Positions 39,059-49,635 are shown, counted from the first letter of the whole stretch. The stretch is DNA of 63,647 nucleotides, filler included, from Octopus bimaculoides (GCF_001194135.2; 7 parts of 7 records of this genome joined end to end with filler, not necessarily neighbours in it); one strand, 5' to 3'. Numbers and translations: made by a program. Notes: a model not told the origin generated them from the letters alone.

Positions 39059-39494
39059 GTAAATACATAGGAAAGCCTAAACATCAAAATCGTTTTTACT
39101 ATAATATTAAAGACAAGAAAACAATTTTCTCCCGTCTGCATTTGCTGTTCAGTTTGTTTGTGGACTAGATAAGAACTAAAATATAGAATATTGTAAGATA
39201 TGTATTCAGATAAAAAGTGCTAACAGTCACAGGCGTGGAATTATCTGCAGATTCTTCAGAATATATACATTTTATCTTAAATAAATTCAATGCGTCTGAT
39301 TGTTACACATATAGATGTCGTACTATTAATTCTTAAAGCAAGTTTTATAAATAGAAACCTAAAGCAATGACCGAAGTGAAATCTAACGTACAAAACTTAA
39401 GAAAATGCCATATTTACGCGAACGAAAAGGTTGCCCACATTCACATACGCTCGCGCGCACACACGTGCAATAGGTATCTGAGGTCTACTAATAT

Positions 39495-39800
39495 TCAGCA
39501 ACAGAGCTAAAATTCTCTATGTAAAAATGCTTGATGCATACATTCAAGCAGTATGTATGGCACTCATTGAAACTCATCTAACCTCTAATATAAAAGCTGC
39601 GGAAATATACGTAACAGTGTATCCTGTATTTCGTTCTGACAGTGGAAAGAAGCCACGGTTGATTTGGTCTGTACATCCACAAAGATGTCACACCTCTTGT
39701 ATTGCTGTCACATTCAAACACAGTTTGGGACACCTTAATAATATATATATATATAAAGCAAGTTGATATAGATGTATGCACTACATACCGTCCGCTAATT
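39495..39800 (+). mobile_element. LINE apurinic-type endonuclease fragment (CR1/L2-like)
   Basis: MALIETHLTSNIKAAEIYVTVYPVFRSD and SNTVWDTLII..DVCTTYRP resemble the APE motifs (lTETWL..EI.I.GY..FR.DR; VYRPP). Confidence 0.7.
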
Positions 39801-39854
39801 ACCACGAAATACGATGGCCTTAGACACATAGAAGAGTTATCGACAAACATAAAT

Positions 39855-39995
39855 CAGGACATTATTTACATTATTTACATTTGACGGATGTTTGACCTCA
39901 TCTTTTTTGTTGTTAACACAACGATTCGGTTGATATACCTTCCAGCCTTCATCAGGTGTCTTGGGGAAATTTAGAACCTGGCTTCTCATTCGTAA
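39855..39995 (-). mobile_element. Penelope-like terminal repeat fragment with a degenerate hammerhead core (39916-39959)
   Basis: Minus strand reads acac CTGATGA a ggctggaaggtatatcaacc GAAT cgtt gtgt. The GAAA is mutated to GAAT. Confidence 0.55.
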
Positions 39996-40030
39996 GGTAA
40001 TAATAATGATAATAATAATAATAATAATAA

Positions 40031-40077
<47 letters not shown>

Positions 40078-40091
40078 GTAATAATAGTCAA

Positions 40092-40786
40092 GACGAAGAG
40101 TATGTCAAACGAGGTTACAGTGAATCACGTTTAAAGGAAATAGCAAGTGAAATAGCTAAGATTAGCAAAGATAGTCAAACCTACACGTCTAATCTTAGCA
40201 AACAAAATACAACAGATTACAGAATTGCTTTAGTGATTAACTGGCACCGACGTTTCGCTGGCATTTCAAAAGTATTGAATGAAAGTTACCAACATGTGGT
40301 GAAAAAATATTCCAGTTTCAAACAGACATTTCCTCAGCCGCCCATTGTAGCCTTTCGACGGAATAACAACATAAAAGAATTATTGACCTCTATATCTGAA
40401 TCCAAGAAAATGAACATTGGAGTATCTACACGCTGTACCTTAAAGAACAGCCGCAAGAGAGGTAAGCCCTGTTCATTGTGCAACAACATGAGTGAAGTGA
40501 ATACCATCAAAAATCATAATAGAAATGTTATGATTTATACAGAAGGGGGAACCTGCAAAGATTCCCATTTAGTGTACGGTGCAGAATGCACGAAACATAG
40601 CTTGATTTATGTTGGTTGTACAACGGAACAATTAAACAAAAGGTTTAATGGGCACATATTCGACGTCAGGCACAAGAACAGTAGTTCAACAGAACTTGTT
40701 GAACATCTCGTTTCAAGCGGTTGCAATTTTGAAGAAGATTTGAAAGTGCACATTCTCAAAAAATATCCTGAATGTACCCCACTTTC
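40092..40786 (+). mobile_element. Penelope-like element ORF fragment (RT thumb end, linker, GIY-YIG endonuclease; Neptune-like architecture)
   Basis: Stop-free frame: KRGYSE..QPPIVAFRRNNNIKELL..CSLC..GTCKDSHLVYGAECTKHSLIYVGCTTEQLNKRFNGH..ELVEHL..DLKVHIL. It is cut by an assembly gap. Confidence 0.9.
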
Positions 40787-41088
40787 NNNNNNNNNNNNNN
40801 NNNNNNNNNNNNNNNNNNNNNNNNNNNNNNTTAATTAATTAANNNNNNNNNNNNNNNNNNNNNNNNNNNNNNNNNNNNNNNNNNNNATAGAATATGAGAG
40901 GTTTAGTTGATTTGTGATTTAAACGAATAGGTACGCTGAGTAAGTGCTATAGCTGGTCGACTGTTAGGTACCAAGATCACCGCTAAGGGATACATTTAGG
41001 GTTTCGTATATCATATTAAAGGAAAAATCAAAAACCAAGGCAGAACGAGTCGTTTAGAATAATTTAATTAGGGTAACGTGAATTTGAA

Positions 41089-41164
41089 GTCTTACAGTCG
41101 TTTCTGGGATAACCCAAGTGGTTGGTTAGCATGTCTACACACTGGGCATTCCATCATCAGAGAC
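41089..41164 (-). ncRNA. Type I hammerhead-ribozyme motif with a long stem II
   Basis: GTCT-CTGATGA-[stem II]-GAAA-C-GACT-G-TA^-AGAC. Stem I is GTCT/AGAC, stem II pairs TGGAATGCCCAGTG with CACTTGGGTTATCCCA, and the cleavage triplet is GUA. Confidence 0.75.
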
Positions 41165-41639
41165 AATGTATGAATATTTTAGACGGGGAAAATTTACAGT
41201 TTATAAGGAATAAAATAGAAGAATAAAGAGTAAAGGTAGTTCGGAGAATATAGGCAGGGGATAATGTTTACAATGCATCTTTTTCCAGAAGATAGGGATG
41301 TTGGTGGGTACTTACAGGTCGTTACTTAAAATTCCAGGTAAATCCAAGCGGTATTTTGGCAGTATTTTGAATGATGTATTCACATTGTAAATGTGTATAT
41401 AGAGCGAGCAAGTAGGATACACATAAATGGGTTTTGTGAGAGGGTGTATATGGGAGATAGAAGAGAAAGATACAGAGACAGAAAGACAGGAGAGAAGAAA
41501 AAGAGAGAGGAGAGAGAAGAAAGGAATAAAAATAAGATAGGAGTAAAAGAGTAAAAACATTAAAATAAAATAATAAATAAAATAAAAGTAAAGGTAATGA
41601 TAGAGATATCATAAATAGATGATAGATCACTGGCCACTA

Positions 41640-41815
41640 TACATTCTTCTTTTCTCTCCTTGTTTCTTTCTATGTTCCTTTCTGTGGAAGAGCGTAGGCT
41701 CGAAACATTAAAGACTTTTTCACTTCCCGGGCGTTATACTAATACATCTGTTTGTTGTCTACACCACCTGTTTTCGTCTTTTGTTGTTTTTTTTTTGTGA
41801 ATTCCCCCTATATAT
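41640..41815 (+). mobile_element. Penelope-like terminal repeat fragment with a hammerhead-like remnant (41682-41715)
   Basis: ctgtggaa gagc gtag gctc GAAA cattaaagac, the same layout as the motif at 49405. Confidence 0.4.
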
Positions 41816-42408
41816 GTAATATCTTGGACTAATGAGTATGCGTCAATTAGTGTGCAGATGTGTTGAATAAAATCTTATTGATATTTAAAACTAAAGACAA
41901 TCGTAGCAATACCTCATTCTTTAAATGAAGCAGGCTAATAGCAACATGGCTGCCCACACTCAAGATATTTAGCGAGACACCACTTTATGTATCAATGTGC
42001 TTGGTGTGACCCAGACTGCAAGATTGATGTAACACAATATAATGTACAACATCCCATCCATAAAGGACATTCGGGGGATGGGTCAAATTATCGTCGTACA
42101 AACTAACGAATAATACCAATTCAATCTTCTCTTTATTTAATCGATCAGTTATATATGTGTGTATATATGTATGTATGCGTATATACATACATATATACAC
42201 GCATACACACATACATATATACATACATACACGCATACATACATGCATACATGCATACATACATACATGACAGGCTGCTGGCATTTATAGTGTTAAGCAC
42301 TTTTGATATGCAAATTAGGGACTCCTTCATAGAGTAACTGCTGCATTTGATGAGTATATAAACAATTTGGCTGCTTGTTTCTCTAGTGACTGTCACAATG
42401 ATGTCGAC

Positions 42409-42451
42409 GCCTCTGATGAAAACCCAATAAGGTTCGAAAATCGATTAAGGT
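42409..42451 (+). ncRNA. Minimal type I hammerhead-ribozyme motif with a palindromic loop III
   Basis: GCCT-CTGATGA-AAACC caataa GGTTC-GAAA-A-TCGA-T-TA^-AGGT. The core is intact, stem I is GCCT/AGGT, ATCGAT is a palindrome, and there is an A.C mismatch at the base of stem II. Confidence 0.65.
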
Positions 42452-42521
42452 TGTTCATCATTTTTTTCAGTCTGCAGAGAAATGGCTATAATTTTCCCTG
42501 TTTATCATTATACCAATATGT

Positions 42522-42559
<38 letters not shown>

Positions 42560-42800
42560 CAAAGGTTTTAATTTCTTCATTTCATCCGATCATGAAGAAG
42601 TAATTATTTGTGATACACAATGTGACTCAATATAATATATCATTGTTTAAATTCATGCTACCCGCCATGTTAAAATATTAATCTGACCCATAAAGTATTG
42701 AAATGATCGTAACGTAAGAATATGTATGATACCAATACCACCATTCATGTACTTATGTGTGTGTGTGTAAAAGTAATATTTATATTCTTCTTTTTTTCAG

Positions 42801-42875
42801 TAATACATCAGTATGTGCAAAATACTACTTTAACCGACTACACCGAAGTTTACCCCAACTTTGAGGTTTGCGAAG
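42801..42875 (+). CDS. Candidate internal exon of the mucin-like gene (IHQYVQNTTLTDYTEVYPNFEVCE)
   Basis: Acceptor ttatattcttctttttttcag and donor GAAG|GTAATC. It is 75 nt, only the phase-1 frame is open, and it joins 48089 as G|GA (Gly). Confidence 0.6.
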
Positions 42876-42966
42876 GTAATCAGTATTTATATGTATGAAT
42901 ATATGTTCGTACGTATATGCCTGTGCGTAAATATATGTACGAATACGTCATATATATATGTGTGTT

Positions 42967-43007
<41 letters not shown>

Positions 43008-43026
43008 ATGTAAGTATACATCTGTA

Positions 43027-43064
<38 letters not shown>

Positions 43065-43474
43065 NNNNNNNNNNNNNNNNNNNNNNNNNNNNNNNNNNNN
43101 NNNNNNNNNNNNNNNNNNNNNNNNNNNNNNNNNNNNNNNNNNNNNNNNNNNNNNNNNNNNNNNNNNNNNNNNNNNNNNNNNNNNNNNNNNNNNNNNNNNN
43201 NNNNNNNNNNNNNNNNNNNNNNNNNNNNNNNNNNNNNNNNNNNNNNNNNNNNNNNNNNNNNNNNNNNNNNNNNNNNNNNNNNNNNNNNNNNNNNNNNNNN
43301 NNNNNNNNNNNNNNNNNNNNNNNNNNNNNNNNNNNNNNNNNNNNNNNNNNNNNTATATGTATGTATGTATGTATATATGTATAAGGTAATAATTTTATTC
43401 TCAAACGCAGGATAATATTAATAATATAAATAACATGAACAGGATAAATTATCCATATATTGTAGAAAAATCTG

Positions 43475-43655
43475 TCGGTGACCAGCCATGAGACTCAAAC
43501 TCACGTCCCTGTGATTACGCATCCAGTGCTTTACCATTAATCTAAACTGACCCAACGATTTATACATCCTGAATTTACAGAAGAATTTGTCGTTGGTAAA
43601 ACACTTGACGCGTAATCACAGGGATGTGAGCTTGAATCTTATGGTTGGCTGCCGA
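43475..43655. repeat. Inverted pair of tRNA-like sequences (62-bp arms, 57-nt spacer)
   Basis: Arms 43475-43536 and 43594-43655 match at 51/62 positions. The minus copy has A-box-like and B-box-like motifs and a CGT anticodon-like loop. Confidence 0.8.
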
Positions 43656-44293
43656 TTATTAGCATTATCCTGTGTTTGAGAATGAAATTATTTCCTTATC
43701 TTTATCTTTCAATACATCTTAACGCTTCTAAAGCAAACTTTGTTTCTTGACTTTCAACATAGGTTGAATTTAATAAATTTATGTATGTATATATATGTAT
43801 ATGAATTTGTTTTATGTATATATACTTATATTAACATACACACATATTTTCGTTATATTTAAATACCTAACATGTTCGAGTACATTAGAACGTATGAAAG
43901 AACCTTCAGATGTGAAAATAGTCCCGGCAGAAAATGCTTCTCTTAGACATAGGTGAAAATATATAATGGACTGTGAATGGCGTCACGTTCTTGTTCGTTA
44001 GAACACGTGCGTGTCTGCGTTATTTATGTTTTTTTATCAGTTCGATATCTACGGACGCCAGATTTAACAACGGGAAAGAAAGAATGCAGAAATGCGTAAA
44101 TCGCACGATCTAGTAACTTCATGCACAGTCCATTCTGTGTTTCTACACATGAATAGAGGAAAGATACCACCCAGCACTATTTCCTCAGCGGAAGCTTTTC
44201 TCTCGTCCGAATGCACTCACACGTGTTAAATAAGACTTTACATGAATATATATTATTCGATGTTGCTTTGTTTGACATCATGTGTATGAGTGT

Positions 44294-44325
<32 letters not shown>

Positions 44326-44359
44326 CGAAGTATGTATGCATATGTATATATTTATATCT

Positions 44360-44800
44360 TTTATTTTTTACTTGTTTGAGTCATAAGACTGCGGTCATGC
44401 TGGGGTTGCCTTGAAGAATTTTTAATAGAATGAATCGGTACCATTACTTTTTTTTAAAGCCTTGTACTTATTCTATCGGCCTCTTTGGCCAAGGCGATAA
44501 GTTACGGAGACATAAACACACTGATACCGATTGTCAAGCAGTGGTGGGGACAAAGGCTGGAACAAACACACATACACACACATTGATATAGATAGATAGA
44601 TAGATAGATATATAGATAGATAGATAGATAGATAGATACAATGAGCTTCTTTCAGTTTCTGTCAACCAAATCCATTCACAAGTTTTGTAGTCGACCCGAG
44701 ACTATAGTAGAAAACACATGAACAATGTCCCACGCAGTGGGACAGAAACCGGAATCATGTGGTTGAAAAGCAAGCTTGTTACCACACAGCAGCTACACCT
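44360..44800 (-). mobile_element. SINE family B, near full length, internal (GATA)n
   Basis: The tail, the microsatellite and the head (cccacgcagtgggacagaaaccggaatcatgtgg) are all present on the minus strand. Confidence 0.88.
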
Positions 44801-45005
44801 TCACTACATGTGTGTGTGTGCGTGTGTGCGCGCGCGTGTGTGTGTGTGTTTATGTGTATGCATGTATATATGTATATATTTTCCTCTTTTTTATGTATGT
44901 ATATTCTTTGATCATTTGTTTTTGTCGAACAAACCGACTCGAATGTTATANNNNNNNNNNATATATATATATATATATGTATATATATACCTCGTTCAGA
45001 GATTT

Positions 45006-45046
<41 letters not shown>

Positions 45047-46699
45047 TCATATATTTGTCAGTAAAGTGGGTATATTAATTGAAGTGTACAGTATTACATA
45101 TCAATTACGGCCAATCATACCGGTCGGTTCTGTAGTGAAGTTCAACGGAGTGTTGGGTAACAATCCGATTATGTAACCATGCACTCTTCAGAGATGATAG
45201 TTACATAGACATAAATATTGACATATATATAGATACATATGAAATATAGATGTTTGCGTAAATATATATAATTTGCTTGGTTTATACTCCAACAATAATA
45301 TTTATCATTTCTCCCTCCAGGCCTTATATTAACTGTAGTTATAACTGGCAAACATTCTGACATACATACATTCACATATCCATTCATACATACATATACA
45401 TATAACTCATACAGACACATACATTCGTCCTCTATACGGATTAGTCTGAAAAGTTGAGCAACAAGAGCGCTTACACATAATACGCACAATACGATAATCT
45501 CCTCCCAAAGGTTCTTGTTAATCTGTTTTCCAAAGAATATTTTCTTAATAGTTCATAACTTTTAAGAAAATCTTTCTTTAAATGTTGTTACTGTACTAAG
45601 TTTTTTCAAAAATACAATATATATATATATANNNNNNNNNNNNNNNNNNNNNNNNNNNNNNNNNNNNNNNNNNNNNNNNNNNNNNNNNNNNNNNNNNNNN
45701 NNNNNNNNNNNNNNNNNNNNNNNNNNNNNNNNNNNNNNNNNNNNNNNNNNNNNNNNNNNNNNNNNNNNNNNNNNNNNNNNNNNNNNNNNNNNNNNNNNNN
45801 NNNNNNNNNNNNNNNNNNNNNNNNNNNNNNNNNNNNNNNNNNNNNNNNNNNNNNNNNNNNNNNNNNNNNNNNNNNNNNNNNNNNNNNNNNNNNNNNNNNN
45901 NNNNNNNNNNNNNNNNNNNNNNNNNNNNNNNNNNNNNNNNNNNNNNNNNNNNNNNNNNNNNNNNNNNNNNNNNNNNNNNNNNNNNNNNNNNNNNNNNNNN
46001 NNNNNNNNNNNNNNNNNNNNNNNNNNNNNNNNNNNNNNNNNNNNNNNNNNNNNNNNNNNNNNNNNNNNNNNNNNNNNNNNNNNNNNNNNNNNNNNNNNNN
46101 NNNNNNNNNNNNNNNNNNNNNNNNNNNNNNNNNNNNNNNNNNNNNNNNNNNNNNNNNNNNNNNNNNNNNNNNNNNNNNNNNNNNNNNNNNNNNNNNNNNN
46201 NNNNNNNNNNNNNNNNNNNNNNNNNNNNNNNNNNNNNNNNNNNNNNNNNNNNNNNNNNNNNNNNNNNNNNNNNNNNNNNNNNNNNNNNNNNNNNNNNNNN
46301 NNNNNNNNNNNNNNNNNNNNNNNNNNNNNNNNNNNNNNNNNNNNNNNATATATATATATATATATATATATAAACACTTACTCACAGGCACGCACGTATA
46401 CATGCACGCACACACACACACACGTACACACACGCACGTAAGCAAGCACATGCACTTCACAATGAGTGTGCTGAATCGAATGTATTGCAGATTGACTGGG
46501 TTTGCATTTTGGTCACTCCTTTCCCCTCGAAACAGATGTACGGTGAAGTCAGTTAAATTGTCAAGGTACTCTTTTTCTGTTTTAACAAATGTGTGTTCTT
46601 TACTTATTCCCGGATCTCAATACAGAGTGACGTGCAAAAATTTACCGCAGTTATGCGCCCTTATTTACTTTATCTCCCTTTGTTCCGATTTCAGTTAGT

Positions 46700-46861
46700 G
46701 AACAGGTGTGGCTGTATGTTAAGAAGCTTGCATCCTAACCACATGGTTCTGGGTTCAGTCGCACTGAACCTGGGCAAGTGTCTACTACTATAGTCTCGGG
46801 CCGACCAAAGCCTTGTGAGTGGATCTGTGGCAGGCAGAAACTGAAAGAAGCCCGTCGTATA

Positions 46862-46932
<71 letters not shown>

Positions 46933-47180
46933 CATCGTGTCTGTGTCATCGTGTCTATGTGTCATTGTGTACTATATTTGTACCCCACCACCGCTTGACA
47001 ACCGCGGTTGGCGTATTTATGTCCCCGTAACTTAGCGTTTCGGCATAAGAGAGCGACAGAACAAGTACCAGGCTTAACAAAATATAACTACTAGGGTCGA
47101 TTCATTCGACTGAAATTTCTTCAAGGCGGTGCTCCTGCATGGCCGCACTCTAATGACTGATACAAGTAAAAGGTAAGCGA
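46700..47180 (+). mobile_element. SINE family B, near full length, internal (TG)n
   Basis: caggtgtggctgtatgttaagaagcttgc..gggttcagtcgcactg..gaaactgaaagaagcccgtcg..ggcggtgctcctgcatggccgcac. Confidence 0.9.
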
Positions 47181-48088
47181 AAAAAAAACATACTAAAATG
47201 AAAATTATGGTGAAACGAAAATAACGGAGCATTATACTAATATCGAGCAGCAGTTTGTTCCGTCTGTCGAATTCTGATTGCGATGTCGGGTATTTTGACA
47301 CTGATGTTTATTTTTAGTGTGGTAAATAGTCGTACATGTTTCGTTGTCTGTTAACAATGTTATGGAGGTTGCGTATGTAAACAATGACCACGCTAAAATT
47401 TGAGTCTTCAAATGTTTTATTAGCTGGTGTTGTCTGTAAGTGCAAGTGGACATCTAATAAATAAATGGAACACTGTTAATATAGAATAACGATTAGGAAT
47501 TTTCAGGGTATGACTTGTTGGATGATATTAAGAAAGTAGCGCAAGGAATTTAAATCACTGCATATAATTAATGTCATAGGTATGTTACCTATGAAAAGCA
47601 AAAGGGAGGAAGGGACTATTTCACTTGGAAGGTGACACAGATATCTCTTCGATAACTGAGTGCTTCTGGCCTGAGTTTGAATTTGCCAGCTTTTACAGCT
47701 GTAAGCGACCTTTCTAGAACCTTCGGTCAAACAGTTTAGTGGGAAAATTCGCACGCTTCCTCTGCGGTTTCCAGCCACAACCTCAATAGATCAATAAAAG
47801 CTGATTGGTCGAGTTATATTCACGTAAGTGTTAATACCTTTTCTGTGACACTTTTCCTTTCATAAGAATACATTAATTCGTGATTCTGAATTGGGAAAAT
47901 CTAAGAGCTATGGTTCAAAGCTCAGCAGGGTACTCGCTACGCGTTTTTGTAAAATTAATAAAGTAAGTTCTACTCATGAATCAGTGTTAACAGACCCACA
48001 CAGACACATGCATACCACGCAACTGACAAAGCCCTAAAATTTATAACAGTTTATATTTACAATGATATTTTTATATCTTTTTTAACAG

Positions 48089-49092
48089 GATACGAAGAGT
48101 CCAGCAACCTTTCCGAAACCTCGACTCAGACTCCGTGTCCCTCATCACCTGTGGAATCAACCGCTGAAATGACATCCATGCTCACTTACTCGTCAAGTTA
48201 CGAAACAGACGTTTCCAGTTTGAGCTCTTTCATACATGCTACGTCATGCTCCTCCACTTTAGAATCAACCCAAATTCCGTCAGACATACAAACGACATCA
48301 AACTGGCCTGAAAAAACATCGACCGAATACACTAGCTTTTCCGTTTTCTCTACGACTCTCGAAATATATTCCAGTACTACACAGAGCTTAGATTGCAATG
48401 GTGGTGCCTGTACGAGCAGCAGCAGCGGAAGCAGCGAAAGCAGCGGAAGCAGCGGAAGCAGCGGAAGCAGCGAAAGCAGCGAAAGCAGCGGAAGCAGCGG
48501 AAGCAGCGGAAGCAGCGAAAGCAGCGGAAGCAGCGGAAGCANNNNNNNNNNCAGCAGCGGAAGCAGCGAAAGCAGCGGAAGCAGCGGAAGCAGCGGAAGC
48601 AGCGAAAGCAGCGGAAGCAGCGGAAGCAGCGAAAGCAGCGGAAGCAGCGGAAGCAGCAATAATGTTGTGACCACCAGTACGACCAGTAACCCCAGTAGCA
48701 GCACCACTAGCGGCAGCAACGGGGACAGCAGCAACAGCATCGGTGTCGGCAGCAGCGACAGTTTCGTTAGCAGCACCACCATCATCAGCAGCAGCAGTAG
48801 GCTGTGCAAATGCCAATGTCCCGTGTCTGAAACGGTCATGAACGAGAATGAGCAAAAATCGTTTAAACGTAAAATGAGTTCTGTGGCTGCTTATATATCG
48901 ATACCTAAGAAAAATCTCAGTGCCACCATTAGACGTAAAACCAGCGCCCAAGACGACAGACCGTCTGCTCAAGGCATTGGCTATCTCGGTGTTGCCTTTC
49001 TTGGCGCTGTTTTCGGTGGCCTTATTATTATGGACCTCGGTTCATTAGCCAATCAGTTTGTAATTTTGTATAGAAACCTAACCGGACGGTAA
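48089..49092 (+). CDS. Last coding exon of a single-pass membrane mucin/proteoglycan-like protein
   Basis: Acceptor tttttatatcttttttaacag (phase 1), then an open frame of about 334 codons: Ser/Thr-rich stalk, (SSG/SSE)n, CKCQC, basic juxtamembrane motif, TM helix GIGYLGVAFLGAVFGGLIIM (48973-49032), short tail and TAA. A 10-N gap lies at 48542-48551. Confidence 0.85.
48415..48657 (+). repeat. Coding 9-bp tandem repeat AGCAGCGGA / AGCAGCGAA
   Basis: Two unit variants are interspersed and encode Ser-Ser-Gly and Ser-Ser-Glu. True copy number is uncertain because of the gap. Confidence 0.95.
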
Positions 49093-49144
49093 AAGATACG
49101 CAACTACATACATACACGCACGCACAAACACACACATACCTACA

Positions 49145-49189
<45 letters not shown>

Positions 49190-49354
49190 ACACACACACA
49201 CACACATATATATNNNNNNNNNNNNNNNNNNNNNNNNNNNNNNNNNNNNNNNNNNNNTTAATTAATTAANNNNNNNNNNNNNNNNNNNNNNNNNNNNNNN
49301 NNNNNNNNNNNNNTATATATATATCTGTGTGTGTGTGTGTGTGTGTGTGTGTGC

Positions 49355-49440
49355 ATCGTTGGCGATTTTCTTTCTTCGTCTTCCCTTCTTTGGACTTTTT
49401 CTATATTTCGGATGAAGAGCTCCGCTCGAAACGTGAAATC
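49355..49440 (+). mobile_element. Penelope-like terminal fragment with a degenerate hammerhead-like motif (49405-49439)
   Basis: attt CGGATGA a gagc tcc gctc GAAA cgtg aaat, with substitutions in the core. Confidence 0.4.
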
Positions 49441-49454
49441 CTGAGTAACAGGAT

Positions 49455-49635
49455 TTCACCCACTGCTTACCAACAGGTGTTGGTGTGTTTACGTCACGCT
49501 ACCTAGCGGTTCGTTAAAAGAGATCAGTCTTTAAAAAAAGTACTGAGGTCTATTCATTCGACTAAAAATTCTTCAAAGCGGTGCCCCAGCATGGTCGCAG
49601 TCTAATGACTGAAGCAAGTAAAAGATAAAAGATAA
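49455..49635 (+). mobile_element. SINE family B 3' half
   Basis: ggtgtgtttacgtc..agcggttcg..attcattcgactaaaaattcttcaaagcggtgccccagcatggtcgcagtctaatgactgaagcaagtaaaagataaaag. Confidence 0.8.

Noticed and set aside
48415-48657. CRISPR-like or other repeat-spacer array
   Set aside because: The units are contiguous with no unique spacers, the context is eukaryotic and there are no cas genes.
48198-48972. Alternative-frame ORFs over the 9-bp repeat (LLP-, ASA-, QRK- and AAEAAK-rich)
   Set aside because: They are shadows of the repeat. Only the Ser-rich frame has a splice acceptor, a TM helix and a sensible C-terminus.
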